A stretch of 54,569 nucleotides of DNA, the filler included, from Sphacelaria rigidula (taxonomy: Eukaryota), in the NCBI GenBank assembly GCA_964200075.2. It is 2 parts of 2 records of this genome, joined end to end, with 100 filler letters (N's around TTAATTAATTAA, not from the genome) between each part and the next. Parts side by side here need not be neighbours in the genome. Positions count along the whole stretch, not along the records: positions 27,341 to 54,569 come from CAXNAA020000124.1; 1 more part is not named here. One strand, written 5' to 3'. This document shows positions 52,306-54,569 of this stretch, one piece after another. The notes under the pieces are model-generated. The model was not told the origin of the DNA and did not search any database. It saw only the letters and a program-made list of their open reading frames with translations. How positions within the stretch are numbered: position 1 is the stretch's first letter; each line of letters begins with the position of its first letter. A program made the translations under genes and the position numbers.

Positions 52306-54569
52306 GTTCTCTCATTCATCAACACATCGAAACACGTTGTAAGACACACTTTTATGGCAAACAAATCTCGACTTTTTGGCACCCCGATTTTGAAAAAATC
52401 CGGGGGGGGGACTCAAATTCGTGTACTCAAAATCGGGGTGACCGTTCCATGGCAAGACGACTTTTTGAGGGACAGTTTGCTACAGGGAGGGTCATCCTCC
52501 AAATTTCAACTTCATCTAACGCGCATCCGGTCACAGTCCCGCACGGCGCCATTCATAGGCAGCCGACGATCAACACTTCCAGCGCGCACTCGAAGACTAC
52601 AATCTCACCATGAGCGAGACGCTGATGCTGAACATGAGCGAAGCAACAGAATAACAGCTGGCGTGGGCCGTGAAACGGCTTGCATTGTCGTGTGCAGAAT
52701 AAGCGGGGAAGCCGTCATGGGCAGTGGTGCGGACTGCGCGAAACGTCGGCATGTGGTATGCATGGTCTGGCATTCGGCAGGCCAGGGCCATGTCTAGCGA
52801 GGAGAAACACCGAGAAGGCGCGCGAAGCAGCAAGAACTTCGCGATCCCAGCATGCCTCGAATTCTTCAAAGATCACTGCAAGTTCTGTCCGCCGTGGTCG
52901 ACCGCGGACATGATGGGGTACACAACCCTTAGCGGTGGTGAGGGCTGGTTTATGTTCGCATCGGAAAGTTCGCAGTCAGTAGTCCAGAGACTAGAGGTAG
53001 ACTTGAATGTACAGTCAGTGCTGTGTGTGAAGCGCTGTTCAGACCGCTTGAGGGTGAAGGACCAACATGTACTTCCCAGCGGTTTGTCACGCCAATTTTT
53101 TCCAGGCAGACCCCGTTCTCGCCCATGGGGTAGTCTGTGATATCTATAACTCTGCACGAAGAGCCTTTTCAAATTTTGCCTTTTGTACCACATTCTCGGG
53201 GTCCCAGGAGGCATTGTGGCATCTCTGTATGTCTGCCTCTTTCGACGACCCTCCGGCGAAATGAATCCGCGGCGTGAATTGAACAGCTTCCCTCCCATCC
53301 TTTTGCGTCAATGTCTGCTGTGTGTGCACGCCACCTGCGGCACCCTGTACAACCCGCTCGAGAGATCCCCCGAGAGATTTCGCACACGAGTACCGTGTAA
53401 TATTGTTAAACCTCCATGAACGTACTTTATTTGTGTTTTTCAGCGACATATCGGGAGTGTGATGAAGCTCAGAGGCGTTGCAAGATGTACGCTGTGCGGA
53501 TCTGCTCGTAGACCCTGGATCCCGTGACGCGTTGTTATCGCGTTTGCTACTGTCATAAGTTAGGGTTGTTCAGGCGCGGCGCCAGGCCGCCTCGCCCCAT
53601 CTCAAACAGTTACTGCCCTTGCCGTGGTCTACCCTGGGTTATCACTACACTCTGCTCCCATGGCTGCCCTGCGCTGCGGCTGTACTGAGTAAGAGAGCTG
53701 CTTGTAGATAAAACATGAGGCTATGAAACACGTGAGTTCTTAGTCAGCAGTCTAACATCGATGAACATACTTGTGATTGTTCTTGATGGATAGATAAAGG
53801 TCTGTGTGAAGTTGCCCACGTGGGAGCTTGGTGAGTTGGCACCATGGTATCTCCTGGCACTCATACTGAGAGACCCCAGCCAGTACTTTAGTTACTCACT
53901 CCACATGGTAATTGGCGTTGATAAACGGACCTTGTTCTGCTTGGTTGGGAAGTCTTTGTGTTGCTTGGCGTTGTGTTTTGCTGCTCAAGCTGTAATAAGT
54001 AACTCGGTTATTATTCTGCGGTTTTTCTACTTGTATTTAGTGAGGTGCCCCTGGTCTGTTCTGATTGTCGTGGGCCTCAGCCCACCCTGGGCTCGGTTGC
54101 ATTGTACAACGGTAGTGAAGACTGCTGTACGTTGCCCCCGCTTCGCGTATTAATGATACGAATCTGCCCCTCCGTTGGTACACTGCTTGGAGCTGCTGAG
54201 CGATTTGCTGTAGCTACCCTTGGGTCCTGTTCTCGCTTGTTTACATCCACGTAAGTGCCATGGTGACGCACTTTGTTGGAACCCGACTACGCGTCGGTCT
54301 GGCCGAAACTGCGTTCAAGTTCCGCCTTGTGCATGTAACCAACCGTTATTCTTGTCTCACTACGGTGTGTCCACTCTGCTTTCGAACAGGGTATCGTACG
54401 CGCCACTGTGCCTTGTACAAAGTGTGTGCCCGCCGACCACTACTACATTGATGGTTGATAGTTGGTCTCAACGGCTCATGCTGTAGTAGCATATGGTTCA
54501 TGTGCCTCGTGCCGAATTAAAACGCTCCCCCCCCTGTACCTCGGCGAGCACCCCAGATATTAGTAGATG

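Overview
Repeat-rich eukaryotic genomic DNA, most likely from a brown alga (inferred from the EsV-1-7-type repeat protein and very long TE-filled spliceosomal introns). Two protein-coding genes are supported. (1) The last four exons of a + strand TtcA-like PP-loop tRNA thiolase (208-328, 13892-14071, 14844-14957, 17191-17664), with a 13.6 kb intron packed with a decayed copia-like gag, a decayed LINE reverse transcriptase, fold-back elements and a minisatellite. (2) An uninterrupted 2.7 kb ORF (48493-51219) of about 19 tandem 38-aa C-x4-C-x16-C-x2-H (EsV-1-7-like) modules with a six-module higher-order duplication and a tail carrying NLS- and SUMO-like motifs. The rest is LINE/SINE fragments, many MITEs (some with clear target-site duplications) and decayed ORF remnants. 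Two retroposon families share an ATGAGTAC-like 3' end joined to C-runs and appear to target C-tracts. A 100-bp artificial linker at 27241-27340 means the two halves may not be truly adjacent. All family assignments come from motif recognition by eye; no searches were run.
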